DNA of 64,000 nucleotides from Batkoa obscura (Eukaryota): NCBI GenBank assembly GCA_030770535.1, contig JASVEC010000002.1, positions 1,984,001 to 2,048,000 of the forward strand, read 5' to 3'. Shown piece by piece: positions 51,285 to 63,282 of this stretch (position 1 is its first letter; each line of letters starts with the position of its first letter). The notes under the pieces were generated by a model. It saw only the letters and a program-made list of their open reading frames with translations, ran no database searches and was not told where the DNA came from. The position numbers and the translations under genes were made by a program.

Positions 51285-54200
51285 CTACTCCAAAGTCAAA
51301 AAGGATAAATTACCTAATGGGGAACTCAATGATTGCATGGATTTAACTTCGCTCTCTTCAGTATGTTCTAATGCAATTGGAAAACATTCCATTCGATCAT
51401 TAACTAATACTTGTAATAAACAAGATTTATCAAAAATAATCAAATCTTCATTATTATTATTATTATTAATAGTATCAGTAATTCCAGTAAATATTGGTTT
51501 AGGTATCATTCGTTTACTATTATTACTATTAGTGTTATTAGTAATTGTTGGGATAAATTTATTATTATTAGAGGTATTGATTAACCCATGAAGATTTTCT
51601 TTTAATATTTGTAATTGAGGTAATTTTAAATAGCCTGATTTTAGTGGGGTAATTGTAATATTAACAACATGAGTTTGATTTTGTTCCTATATTAAAATAT
51701 ATTAGTATTATTATTAGTATTAGTATTATATAGTAGTAAAGCTTACATCGAATTCTAGTTTAAATTTAATTTTTCCAGTAATTATCCAATCTTCATTATT
51801 ATTATTAATTTTAAACCATAATTCATTAATAGATTGATTTAAATTTTTTAAATGATATTCAATTGAATAATGTTCCCCTAGTTTCATTTTTAAAGGTATC
51901 TTTTGAATTTCAATAGACAACCATTTCTAAAATAATAAAAATGATTTTTACTAATTAATCTTTAATTTTTATTAATTCTAGTTTTATTACTTACTTTAGG
52001 TAGTTTTATCTCTTGTTGAAATATTAAACTATTATATTGTATTAATTCATTTTCTTTTAATATTTCTTCAATTTCGTTTTGTTCCAATATTGAATATTTC
52101 TATAAAAATATATAATAATATTTAAGTTTGTATCTATTTTACTAAAACTTGTTACCTTTAAAAACCCAATCATTTTTTGTTTAACTTTTGGAATATCAAT
52201 TTCATTTAAAATATAAGAAAAATCCAAATCCAGTATAGATATATCTTTTAAATTTAACTGACCAGTAATTACATAATCTAAAATTCGACCTGATTCTAAA
52301 ATTAATTGTTGTAATGTTTTAAATATTGTTTCACTATCAATTGACATTTTAAAATAACTTTTGATTAATTTTTTAATTACTAATTGTATTTCTATTAAGT
52401 TAAAAATAGTATTAGTTTATATTCTATTGTTAATATTAATATTCTATTGTTACCTTTTTTATAAGTGGTATAATTAATTTTAACAAAATAAATATCATTA
52501 TCTAAATAAATATAAGTCATGTTAATCTCTATTCCATTGATACCTATTTTATGTGTTATTTACCATTCTTATTAAAATATTGAAAATTAAATAAATAGTT
52601 TAATGTGTGATTAGGTAATAATACAAAATATTGTTCATCATTAAAAACAGGATTCAACCAATCTTCATTAATTTTTCTTTTTCTTAGTAAAGAAAGATCA
52701 TGATTCAATTCATTTTCAATTATCGATTTTTTAAATAATTGAATTGATTCTATTTTATATCCTGTTGTTTTATTAATTGTATTCATTTTAATCTGTAAAT
52801 ATTGAATATTATTCATACTAAATTAAATAAATATTAATATTGATATTAATATTATATCATACATTATATTATATATTATTAAACTTACTTTATAGTATCT
52901 AAAATAAATTGATAATCTAATTTAAATGGATAAGGTTCCATGTAAACAGTTAATAATCCATTATATTTGATCTTATTTTTATTATTATTTAAATAATAAA
53001 CATTATAATTAATCTAAAAAAATAATATCAACATAAATAATATAAACACACAAAACAGGATTTACCATCATTTGAATATCTAAAGCTAACATAATTTTAC
53101 CTGGTAAAATTAATTTTAAATACTGATTATTTAATAAATTAGGTATTGATAATGTTAATTGACTATTAATATCTTTGTAACAAGAAATTGATATTGATTG
53201 ACAACAATTAATATCGTTTTGATTTAATATAAATCCCATGTAATTATCTTGTATTTCAATACCATTCATTATTTCTAAAATATCTAAACTTAATTCTCCT
53301 TCTAATATACTATTATTTTGTGTATATACATTTAATATCAAACCTAATTTAATTAATATTAATTATCATATTATTATGTTATATTATTACCATCCATATA
53401 CAATTCACTTTCAATTAATAAATGCTGCGGGTAATCATTTAATAATAAAATGATTTGTTCTTCAATTAATTCATAATTAAAACACAACTTATTCATACGG
53501 ATTAATATTTTATCTACAAAATATTTTCCGATTGTGAAATTCTATTTATTATTATTATTGTTATTACTATTATTATTATAGGATTATATATTATTGTTTT
53601 ACCTCACATTTTAATGGTATTAAATTCACTCCCGATTTTAATATTAATTTCTTTTGACTTTCATTAACAAAGGTTAATTTACAATTTTGATTTCCACTTA
53701 ATACTAATTCAATTAATTCAATTGGTAAATCCTATAATAACAATAAAATTAAATATAATTAAGTATAAAATGTTAAGTTATATTTACCACAGGTAATAAA
53801 TTTTCAATCTTTAATGTAATCATAATATAATCATCAAAAGAATCTGCTTTTTCTACTGATATTAAATTAAAGTAATTCTCTGCTTTACTAGTAATTTCTT
53901 CTTTCAATTTGTTTGATATATCAATCAATTTATTTACAAAAAATTCATTCTGTACTAAATTTAATTCCTTACAAAACTTGAGTACTTTCAACGTTAATCT
54001 AATTAACTCTGAATGTTTTTCCAATTCATTATAAGCCAATATTAATTTTGATAATAATTCAAATGAAGTATAAATCCATCCTTCATTAATATAATCATAA
54101 CTCGAATGTTCTACCATATTGATCGTATATTTATATCGTTTTCGATAATAGTGTAAACTAGCCATATAGGTTTGAATTAATGATATGTTTCGCTTTTTTT

Positions 54201-55864
54201 TATCACTTTCATAATCTGAAATTAATCGACTATTAAGACTTAAATATAATGAATCAAAAGTATCTATACTAATCATACTATTCTAAAACAATATATAAGC
54301 TTTAATTTTATACATCAATAAATATTCTCACCTTTAACTCCGAATCATAAATAAATTCTAAATTTTTTTCATCTTGTATAATATTTTCCAAATAAGGTTT
54401 AGTAAAACAATGAATAAAAGGCGGAAGTAAAGGTAAATAATTTAAAAATAAGCCTAATTTCTCCAACTGAGTTTTAGCTAAATACATAATACTACTTTTT
54501 ATAGTATTCAAATTAATTAATGAACTAGCTTTAGATATATCTTTACGTTTAATTTGTTCAAAATGTTCATCCATATTATTATATAATTGCATACTATTGA
54601 GATAACTCCAACTACACGAAAATATCTGGGTTTTTATGTTATCTTCCTATATGAATTAATTAATAAACAAAACTAATTAAATAATAAAAATAGATTGATA
54701 TTCACCTTATTATTTATAATATATTGTTGAAACGTATTTAAAAATTTTAAACTGCGAATACCAAATTCTAACATTAAATCCATTTTTTTTAATAATTGTA
54801 ATTGTTGATTGAATAAGTAAATTTGAATTTCAAAATAAGTAATTTGATTTTTAGCTATTAGTTCTAATTGCTTTTCATCATTATTACCATTTGCTAATAA
54901 TAATTCGACTATATTGATACTCTCAATCTCTTTATCTCCAACAAACCATAATTCTAAATCCTCTGTAATAAAAAAATTTATAAAAGCTTTCTTTAATATT
55001 TTATAATAAAATTCTTACCCTTAGAACAATGATATAGCAGTGCTTCTAATTCATCATATAATTTCAAAGCTTCTTTATGTAAATGAATTAATTTTAATTG
55101 TTTAGCAATTGAATCTTTGATAATAAAAAAGGGGTTAATGTTCCAACCAATAAATCTTCTTTGATCATCCAGTTTATTCATTTCCTCTTCTAAACTTTCA
55201 AATCGAAATTGAAACGTTGTAGTGACCATATCTTTAATTAATTCCATTAAATTCCTCCAGCATTCAAAATTTGGATTCGGATTATCTTCAAAATTAAAGC
55301 TGACTGCTATAACTCGTTCTTTTTTATTATCATTAAAATCCACTTTCATTTTTTCCAGCAACGTTAAGTGTTGTGTATTTTTTTTAAAATTTGACAGTAA
55401 TAAATTCCTACCACTTATCTGTTGAAATGCATTATTGAATCCATTTCCTCCTTTTATTTCGTATCCTTTATCTTGGCTATTCGTCACAAATACTATCAAA
55501 AACTCACTCTCTTTCCCTATCGCTTGTAACCAAGCTCGAATTTGTGGTCTTACTACTGTTCGATACGTTTCAATACTTTCATATCTCACTAAGAATAAAT
55601 GGTTATATGGTTGATTTAATAAGCTCGATTCTTTCCAGTTAGAATTAAATGTAGTGAATGTAAGTTCTAAATGACTGATGATACTTAGTGGTCGAGAAGG
55701 TAGCCTAATTTGTAAGGATTGTAAAGGTAGGAATTCGCTGATTTCCTTTTCAAATCGTTCCCATATGCCAAAGGGATCTTGTACTAATAATGAGAGGGTT
55801 AAGTATGGAATTACTGAGCTATTGGATGAGAATTGAGCTTACTGCTTACTTTAACGGAACTCAT
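51285..55864 (-). CDS. TRS130: TRAPP II subunit TRAPPC10/Trs130, many exons
   Basis: N-terminal QDPFGIWERF...FLPLQSL and PYNHLFLV...ETYRTVVRPQIRAW, QRRFIGWNINPFFIIKDSIA, EALKLYDELE. C-terminal WIITGKIK and ITPLKSGYLKLPQL. Confidence 0.85.
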
Positions 55865-58761
55865 AGTTTAAAGTTTATTAAAAGCATTTTTTAGAATTTT
55901 AAGTGATTTTACCTTTTTTAGGTTAGATTTTTTGTTGCGTAGCTTATAGTCATTTATTAAGCGGATTTATTTAGTAATTTACCAACAACAATAAGCTTAA
56001 AATATTGGATTTTCTTTAAATCCAACTCCTTTAGGTTATTTTGTATAAAATGTCTGAATTATAATTTAATTATATTAAATGAAATCAACTACTAAACAAC
56101 ATTGTCTAATAAAGTTATAATATAGAACTTAAAGTGTTTCATGTTAAAGCTATCTTTATTAGTGGAATTTCACGTTTCTTGGTATTCATTTAATACCTTA
56201 ACAATAAAATATTATACTATATTTGTCTGGAAGACTAAACTAAATCACTGATAGAAAAAGATAAATTGGTGATAATATGACCAAATATTAAAACTCAAAC
56301 TATAGTCATAAATAATTATTTTGGTTTTATCCAATTTAGCATTGGTATCTTTCTGGTTTTAAAACCTTCTTCTGTTAATTATCCAATAGGTGCAAAAAAT
56401 AACAGAAGAGTAATACATCTGTATTGACACTAATATTGGGTTTTGGAAGCTAAATTATCTAATTCTTAATCTTCCAAAGTTTGTGGAAAGTGGTAAGAAA
56501 TATGAAAATTCATTAAGAGTAAGTATAGAAATATTGACATCAATTTCTTTGATAAAGTTACGTTTAGTTGAATCGTACTTTTCTTTATAAAGATCGCTTT
56601 TAGTTAAAGAAGGCTTATCAAATAAACATTTAAGATTAAACCTTAAAGATAATTTTGTAACTCATTTATTTCTATTTATTTTTAGATATTACACTACACT
56701 AAATGATTCCAATTTTAAGCTTCTGAAAGTGGACAAGATAGTAAAGAAACATTCTTATATACGCTCATACCTAAAACTCGTTATCTTCCTGTCTTAATGT
56801 ATTAAATATCAAAATAGAAGGATTCATTAACAATTTTAAAGATATTTTTAAACCTACTTACCTTTAGTTAGTGTTTAAAACCCATTATCATCCCTTTTTG
56901 GTCTAATTTAACTTTATAGTATTTGTAGTTGAAAACTATAACATATCCTGCCTTTTATTTTAAAACTTATAATAACTATAAACTTAACATAAAACTCACT
57001 TGAAAAGCAAAACCTGAATACAATACACTAAAATTAAATCAATGTTTCAAATAGTCGATATTATACATTAAATTAATATACCATTGATTTATAATATAAC
57101 TGATAAATCATAGCTAAGTAAACTGATAAATAAAAGGCTGGTTTCAAATACATACCTTTAAGTTGTCCTTATATATTGTAGCCTTTGAAGTGAAATGATA
57201 AGAAATAATTACTTGAAATAACAATAAGTATAGAACATCAAATATAATCAATATCAACAGTCATTGCTAGAAAAATTGTCACTTTTATTGAATTACTTGT
57301 ACTGCTTAATTTTTAAATTGAAAAAATAAAAATACACTTTAAAAATATTTATATTATTAAAAATGGCATTACATTATTAAGAGGCAAATTTAGTGAGTGC
57401 TTGAGTTGTAGATTCCAGGATATAGATGATAATATACTATACTTAAATCTCCGCTAACTATTCCCAGAGTCAACCTTGATTTTTTTTTAAAAAAGTGAAT
57501 AAAAGCTTAAATAAAATAAATTACCGATCAAATGTTGGTTGTATTTCCTTTTTTTTTAAAGTATCAAATAATAATGAATACCTTTAAAATAATTATCTAA
57601 ACTGTTTCATCAATAAATTGTTTCTTAATCTTTACCTTTCTAAGCTCCATTCTTCTTTTTCATTTGCAGGTAGGATATAAAATTCTTCTGACTCTTCGCT
57701 ATTTTCGCTTTTCTTAATAAATGGATAACTTTAGTTTCAATATTTAAGTCTAATATTAAGTTTTAAACCAAGGAATAATAGTTTAAAACAATAGAAGGTA
57801 GATTACTTTAACTCCTTTTATTAATCCCAAATCAAAATTTTCGGTTAATTTAAAATAAGATAACGACTGCCACTGTTTACCTATAATTAAAATAAATTGT
57901 ATAATGAATAAAACTAAAGTATGCTATTCCTATATCAAAATAATACCAAATTTAAGATCAAACCATACTGTTTTAAACGACGAGTAATTATTTAAATCCT
58001 CTAATTCTTTTAGTTCCTCATTATTATCCATGGTAAACATAATCAAAGTAGTTGAAAAAAAAAAGCCAAAATTAAATTTAGCATCATTGAAAACAAAATT
58101 TCCGTATATGGAGAAACAAAAACCTGATTATGTAAAAAAAGAAAATTGACTGATAATTTTCATGAATAAAATTTAATTATACATTTTACAATGAGTTTAT
58201 TAAAAACAACAGCATTTATATATGTTGTTATCTTAAATTTGTAAAAAACCAAGGATTATATTAGTCATATTAGAAAAAATTATTTACCAATTTACCCTGT
58301 TGCAATTAAATTAACTTAATATTCCAAATATTTTTATATAGAACTGGTTGCAGTTAAATGCCTTCATTTTTTCCTAATTCGTTATTGATTTCTTTTATAG
58401 TGAACTTATTAGTTATTGCTATCTAATATAATTGAATTTATAAAGAAATTAATAGGAAATTAGCAAAAAACAAAGCCACTTAACTGCAATTAGTTCATAC
58501 ATGAAACATAATACAAACTAACAATTTCCAACTTCTAAACCCATGTAATCTTTTCTAATCTATAGTAGAAATTAATAAGCTTTCAGGAAGATCTTTAAGA
58601 ACATCTAAGAAAATCTTAAACAAAAAATTTGTAAAATGATTCTGCTCCACAGTTATCAATTTATTGTCAACAAAAAATTTGGGTTTGTTGTAGTCATCGA
58701 GTATAAAAAAATAATATTTAAAGGAGCAAATAGCAAGTTTAAATGAATAATTTTTTTCATA

Positions 58762-59100
58762 ATGAATATTAAATTACTTTCTACCTTTATTGCTACTATT
58801 TTGGCTGTAGCCACCCCTGCTATGGGTGCTGTAGCTGGGCCTTTCAAACCACATAGAGGATTTGGAAATTTTAATAGCCCATTACCAGGACATAGAAAAA
58901 TACCGTTATCACTACCTATTCCTCCAATACCTATCCCACTTCCTGTTCCAGTCCCTGCTCTGATTCGAGGAGGCAAGAAGAAACCTCCTACTACTTCAGA
59001 AGGAAATACACCACCTGCTGATGCACCAGCTACTACTCCTGCTGCTGATACACCACTCGCTGATGCACCACTCGCTGATGCACCACCTGCTGCTGCTTAA
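58762..59100 (+). CDS. Small secreted Pro-rich protein (MNIKLL family)
   Basis: Signal peptide similar to that of 21493-21747; (PI/PV)n run and ADAP repeats; TATA-like tataaaa at ~58702. Confidence 0.8.
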   Translation: MNIKLLSTFIATILAVATPAMGAVAGPFKPHRGFGNFNSPLPGHRKIPLSLPIPPIPIPLPVPVPALIRGGKKKPPTTSEGNTPPADAPATTPAADTPLADAPLADAPPAAA

Positions 59101-59566
59101 AGCTTTAGATTTAATTAAGTGTTGATTTAAAAAAATTTAACATTTTATTTTTATGAGTTTTAATAAATTAAAGATTTATTTTTCAAATTGCATTTATTGT
59201 TAAACTACTGTACCATATAACCGAATTAATGTTGTTTGAAATTATTATTTTTAATAATGCTAAACTTCATAAGTTCAAATATTTTTTATGAATCATAACA
59301 TACAAGAAACTGTGAAGAGTTGTCACTAAAGTCTAACGACTGAAGGAACAGCTTTAGGTGGAGCTATAATATTTTTGCTACTTTCAAACCTTTTAACTAA
59401 AATATCAATAGTCTTAGAAATACCTAAACACCTATCATTTTAGGTAATTTTGTTAAAACAAAATGGTAGTAATAAAGGTCAACTAAGTTAGTATTTATAT
59501 ATGGTTGGCTCAATAGAGAGCAATTAAAAAGTACAAACAATTGCTAAGTATTTTAAAAATGCATAA

Positions 59567-59761
59567 GGGGATGTTTTTGACTTCACTTTTTCCATTTTTT
59601 GAGCGCTATTTGAGTAGAAAAATTCTCAACAAAATTAAACACAAAAATACATCCCAATATATGGGAGTGTTTTTTTTGACTTCATTATTTTTTCCATTTT
59701 TCAAGCGCTATTTAAGTGGAAAAATTGTTAATAAAATTCTTAGACACAAAAATACATCCCC
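59567..59761 (-). mobile_element. MITE family A head-to-tail dimer (59567-59656 and 59663-59761)
   Basis: Two units separated by ATATAT; ends GGGGATGT...ACATCCCC|atat. Confidence 0.9.
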
Positions 59762-59963
59762 ATATTTTACTTTTATCAAAGCATTTACATTTTTTAGTAG
59801 ATTGCTTTATTTATAAAACTTCATAATCATTTCAAAATAAATTTATGCTTCAATATAGTATCAGAGTTCAGTTTAATAAGCCTTTACTTGGATTAGGCTA
59901 TATCTTATATTATCTTTCTTAATCACCAAGAACATCAGCCATATTGGTTATTTTTTTGCCTTT

Positions 59964-60423
59964 TGTGAAGCCTGGTACTCAGTGATTGGAGTCAAAAACA
60001 GCTATTGTCTGATTAACTACACTATAAGTCGAAAGGTCTTAGTTTGTGTGACTAAGATGGACTTGGATTGTGAAGAATGGTATATAATAGGCTACGAACT
60101 ATGTAAGACAAATATAGTAGACTACTAATGTAAATCTACGTAAAATACTATTAAGAAAACTTAGTGGCTTTATTAAATGTTCGAGATATCAGGGATCAAT
60201 TCAGTAAAAAGCCTCGAATTAGTATACTCTGAAATCTCTTTTATACTCTGAAAAGTATAAGTATCAAAATAAGAAGATAATGTTCTTTGGGATGGAGCTA
60301 GAAATTCTCATAGCAAATCAAACTAAGAACGTGGGATTGATTTTCTCTGAACTTGAGAATACAACAGCTTAAGTGATCATTATACTACAATTGGCCATGG
60401 GGCTGACAAAGCGATATTTCACA
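59964..60423. mobile_element. Solo LTR copy 1 (460 bp) with non-matching flanks
   Basis: TGTGAA...TTCACA ends; highly similar to 62149-62548; flanks are CCTTT and ATGGA. Confidence 0.85.
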
Positions 60424-61801
60424 ATGGAAATAGGAACAAGACCAGATTCAACAAATTTAAATCATTATAATAAACAAGCTATTTCGGTATCAGGTTTTGG
60501 TGTTTTATATTTAAAGATGATAAAACAATAAGCAAAATTTACTTTGATTATTTATCTGAAATATAAAATCATGATTCAGCATATGCAGGAGATTGTTTAA
60601 TCGATTTAATCTCTACAGAGCTTTTATTTAAAAAGTTTATAAAAATTAATATATGGGCAGATAAAGGAAATCATTTCAGGCCCCAAGAGTTCCTACATTA
60701 TGTATTTAAAGAAATTCATAAAATAAATAGTAGTTTGAATGTTAATCTTAATTTTTTTGTTGAGTATCATGGAAAAAGTATATTTGATGGACATTTTGGA
60801 AATCTTTCAAAATGGAAAAATGGGGCTGTATTTTTGTATTCAAGAGCTTTACTAACAATTTTTCCACTCAAATAGCGCTTAAAGGATGGAAAAGCAATGA
60901 AGTCAAAAAAAACATCCCCAAATAATTTGAAGCATTAGCTAAAATAGAAGATATGAATCAGTTAATTTCAAGATTTGAGACTTTTATTTGTGAACATAGT
61001 AATATTAATAACTCGACTGTTAATAATGGAAAAACAGATATAATTTTTAAAAAGTATAAAAGAAACAAAAATACAAAAAAGACAATAGAGATACAAGGTA
61101 TTAAGAAGTATTTACACTTTATTAAACATAAGAATAAACTACATTGTTATCCAGTATCTGATACATCAAAAAAAAGCGATATAGTTCCAATTAGAGTTAT
61201 AGAGTCTATAGAAAATAGAAAAATTAAAAGATCAATCCCAGCTTACCTTACAAAAATAACAGAAAATTTAAAAAATTCGATATTTATTAAGCAAGTAAGT
61301 AGTTTGTTAAATGATAGAAATAGATTATTAAATATTAATATTACTTAAGCTACTAATAACTAAGTTAATAAGTAGTCAAAGAACAGGTAGTTATAATAAT
61401 AAGTAAAAACTATTGTTATATTACTTGTACTATATAGGGATGGTTAATTATAGTTTTGGGGCTAATTACTCCCTCCTATGCAGCTATTTATTAACTTAGT
61501 AATATATTAATAATGTAATTATAACATTAAAATAGTTTATTTATTTGATAAAAAATCTACAATGCTGGTTATAAAGTGGTCAATGATAAATATTTTTTAG
61601 TAGCTTTATAAGAATATGTATTTAAGATCTGGTAGAAATTCAACTAAATTACAGTATAAGCTATAATAAAATGATTTATAACTGTGTCTGGATGCTTTTG
61701 TTTTAATAAAAAATTTGTTTTTGTAAAATTTTAAACGAAGTTTTTAAAAGACAAAATATCTAAAAATTAGATAAAATAATGAAACTAATCCAGACAGCCC
61801 C
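60424..61801 (+). mobile_element. 5'-truncated, inactivated second copy of the Sola-like transposon
   Basis: Begins at MEIGTRPD codons. In-frame TAA at ~60564, frameshifts and a MITE insertion. The 3' UTR and terminal GAAACTAATCCAGACAGCCCC are homologous to 48496-48945. Confidence 0.92.
60822..60919 (+). mobile_element. MITE family A nested in the transposase pseudogene, AAAT TSD
   Basis: aaat|GGGGCTGTATTTTTG...AAAAAACATCCCC|aaat; absent from the intact copy. Confidence 0.95.
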
Positions 61802-62045
61802 ATATGTTTGTTAAAATATGTAACATGCTAAATGCTTTGACAAAAAGTGTATTACTAGAAAACCTCAAAGGAAATTTTTAATGAAAACCATTAATGAAAA
61901 CTAAAGACGAAAGCTGTTAAGTGATCACAGATAATAGCTATCACACAGTTATCAACAAAGATCCCAAATGCATTATATCTCTAGGGTATAGAAAAAACTA
62001 TATAAATAATGGAAAAATTATCCTTGATCACTACAATTTCTTGCA

Positions 62046-62570
62046 ATGAATACTAAATTATTTATTCTTTATATTGCCATCATTATTGCAGCGCCAGTTG
62101 CTCCTATTGGTGGTCCGGTTAGGCTATTTGGATTACTCCCACCACCACTGTGAAATCTGGTACTCAGGGTTTGGAGTCAAGAACAGCTATTGCTGGGTTG
62201 ACTACACTATAAGTCGAAAGGTCTTAGTTTATGTGACTAAGATAGACTTGGATTATGAGGAATAGCACGTAATAGGTTACAAGCTATATAAGACAAATAG
62301 AATAGACAATACTAATGTAAAATCTATGTAAAATACTATTAAGAAAACTTAGTGGCTTTATTAAATGTTCGAGATATCAGGGATTAATTCAGTTAAAAAG
62401 CCTCGAAGTATTATACTCTGTAAACTCTTTTATACTCTGAAAAGTATAAGTATCAAAATAAGAAGATAATGTTCTTTGGGATGGAGCTAGAAATTCTCAT
62501 AACAAATCAAAATAATTAACCATGGGACTGACAAAGCGATATTTCACAACCACCACCAAAACCTTTATAG
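62046..62570 (+). pseudogene. Secreted Pro-rich peptide gene (MNTKLF...) split by a solo LTR
   Basis: Removing the LTR and one TSD gives MNTKLFILYIAIIIAAPVAPIGGPVRLFGLLPPPPPKPL*. Confidence 0.65.
62149..62548. mobile_element. Solo LTR copy 2 (400 bp) with 5-bp TSD ACCAC
   Basis: accac|TGTGAAAT...ATTTCACA|accac; 8-bp perfect terminal inverted repeat with TG...CA ends. Confidence 0.92.
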
Positions 62571-62866
62571 GATGGAAAAAGTTAATGCTACTAAATTAAA
62601 TGTTAATACTTTACTCTTGCTATTCAAACATTAAAATTTACTGGAATGTTAAATATTGAAGGAACTTTAACTTTCTACGTCTATTAAATTTTATGGAAGG
62701 ATTATCAAGTAATAGTTTTCTACTATATTGGTTTTGATTTATTACTTATTATATAAATGAGTTGGGAATACATTTGAAATCACTATTTTTAGTAAATATA
62801 TAAGATTCACTTGTTCAAATATTCATTATGGATAATACTATATATGGTATTAAATAATTTAATATA

Positions 62867-63070
62867 CTAAAGTTTGATGGCTGGAGGAGCAGTAACTGGA
62901 GTGGCAACTCCCGATGGGTTAACTGGAGGTGCAGGAACTGCTTCTTTGTTTCTGAAATTATTTGGTTACAGTATCAAGAGCCTTAGAAATATCTAAAGCA
63001 TTACCATTTTTGACAATGGCTAGGCAAGAAAGATACTAGCAATAAAGACAGCAATTGATTTAGTATTCAT
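62867..63070 (-). pseudogene. Pseudogene paralog of the 21493-21747 secreted protein
   Basis: MNTKSIAVFIASIFL (frameshift) AIVKNGNALDISKALDTVTK* FRNKEAVPAPPVNP...APPAIKL aligns with AIMQDGDALGVTKALDTVTK...APPAVKP. Confidence 0.8.
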
Positions 63071-63090
63071 TCCTGGGTTGTTTAGTAGAT

Positions 63091-63188
63091 GGGGATGTAT
63101 TTTTGTATTTAAGAATTTTACTAACAATTTTTCCGCTCAAATAGTGCTCAAAAATGGAAAAAGTGATGAATCCAAAAAAAACATCCCT
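63091..63188 (+). mobile_element. MITE family A, 98 bp
   Basis: agat|GGGGATGTATTTTTG...AAAAAACATCCCT|atat. Confidence 0.9.
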
Positions 63189-63252
63189 ATATGTTATCTT
63201 AGCTCATTTTGAAATATGATTATAATTATTTTCATTTCTAATTAGATATTAT

Positions 63253-63282
63253 TTCATTCATTCATTCATTCATTCATTCATT
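63253..63282. repeat. (TTCA)n microsatellite
   Basis: About 7 tandem TTCA units. Confidence 0.9.

Noticed and set aside
56000..58500. Coding-like patches, possibly decayed genes or TEs
   Set aside because: No ORF or motif I can assign by eye; a translated homology search is needed.
59541..59816. 91-aa ORF with an internal repeat (also 23516-23707)
   Set aside because: These are read-throughs of MITE sequence, not genes.
59964..62548. The two LTRs as ends of one retroelement that captured a transposase fragment
   Set aside because: Outer flanks do not match (CCTTT vs ACCAC), the right LTR has its own TSD on both sides, and no PBS/PPT or gag/pol was seen between them.
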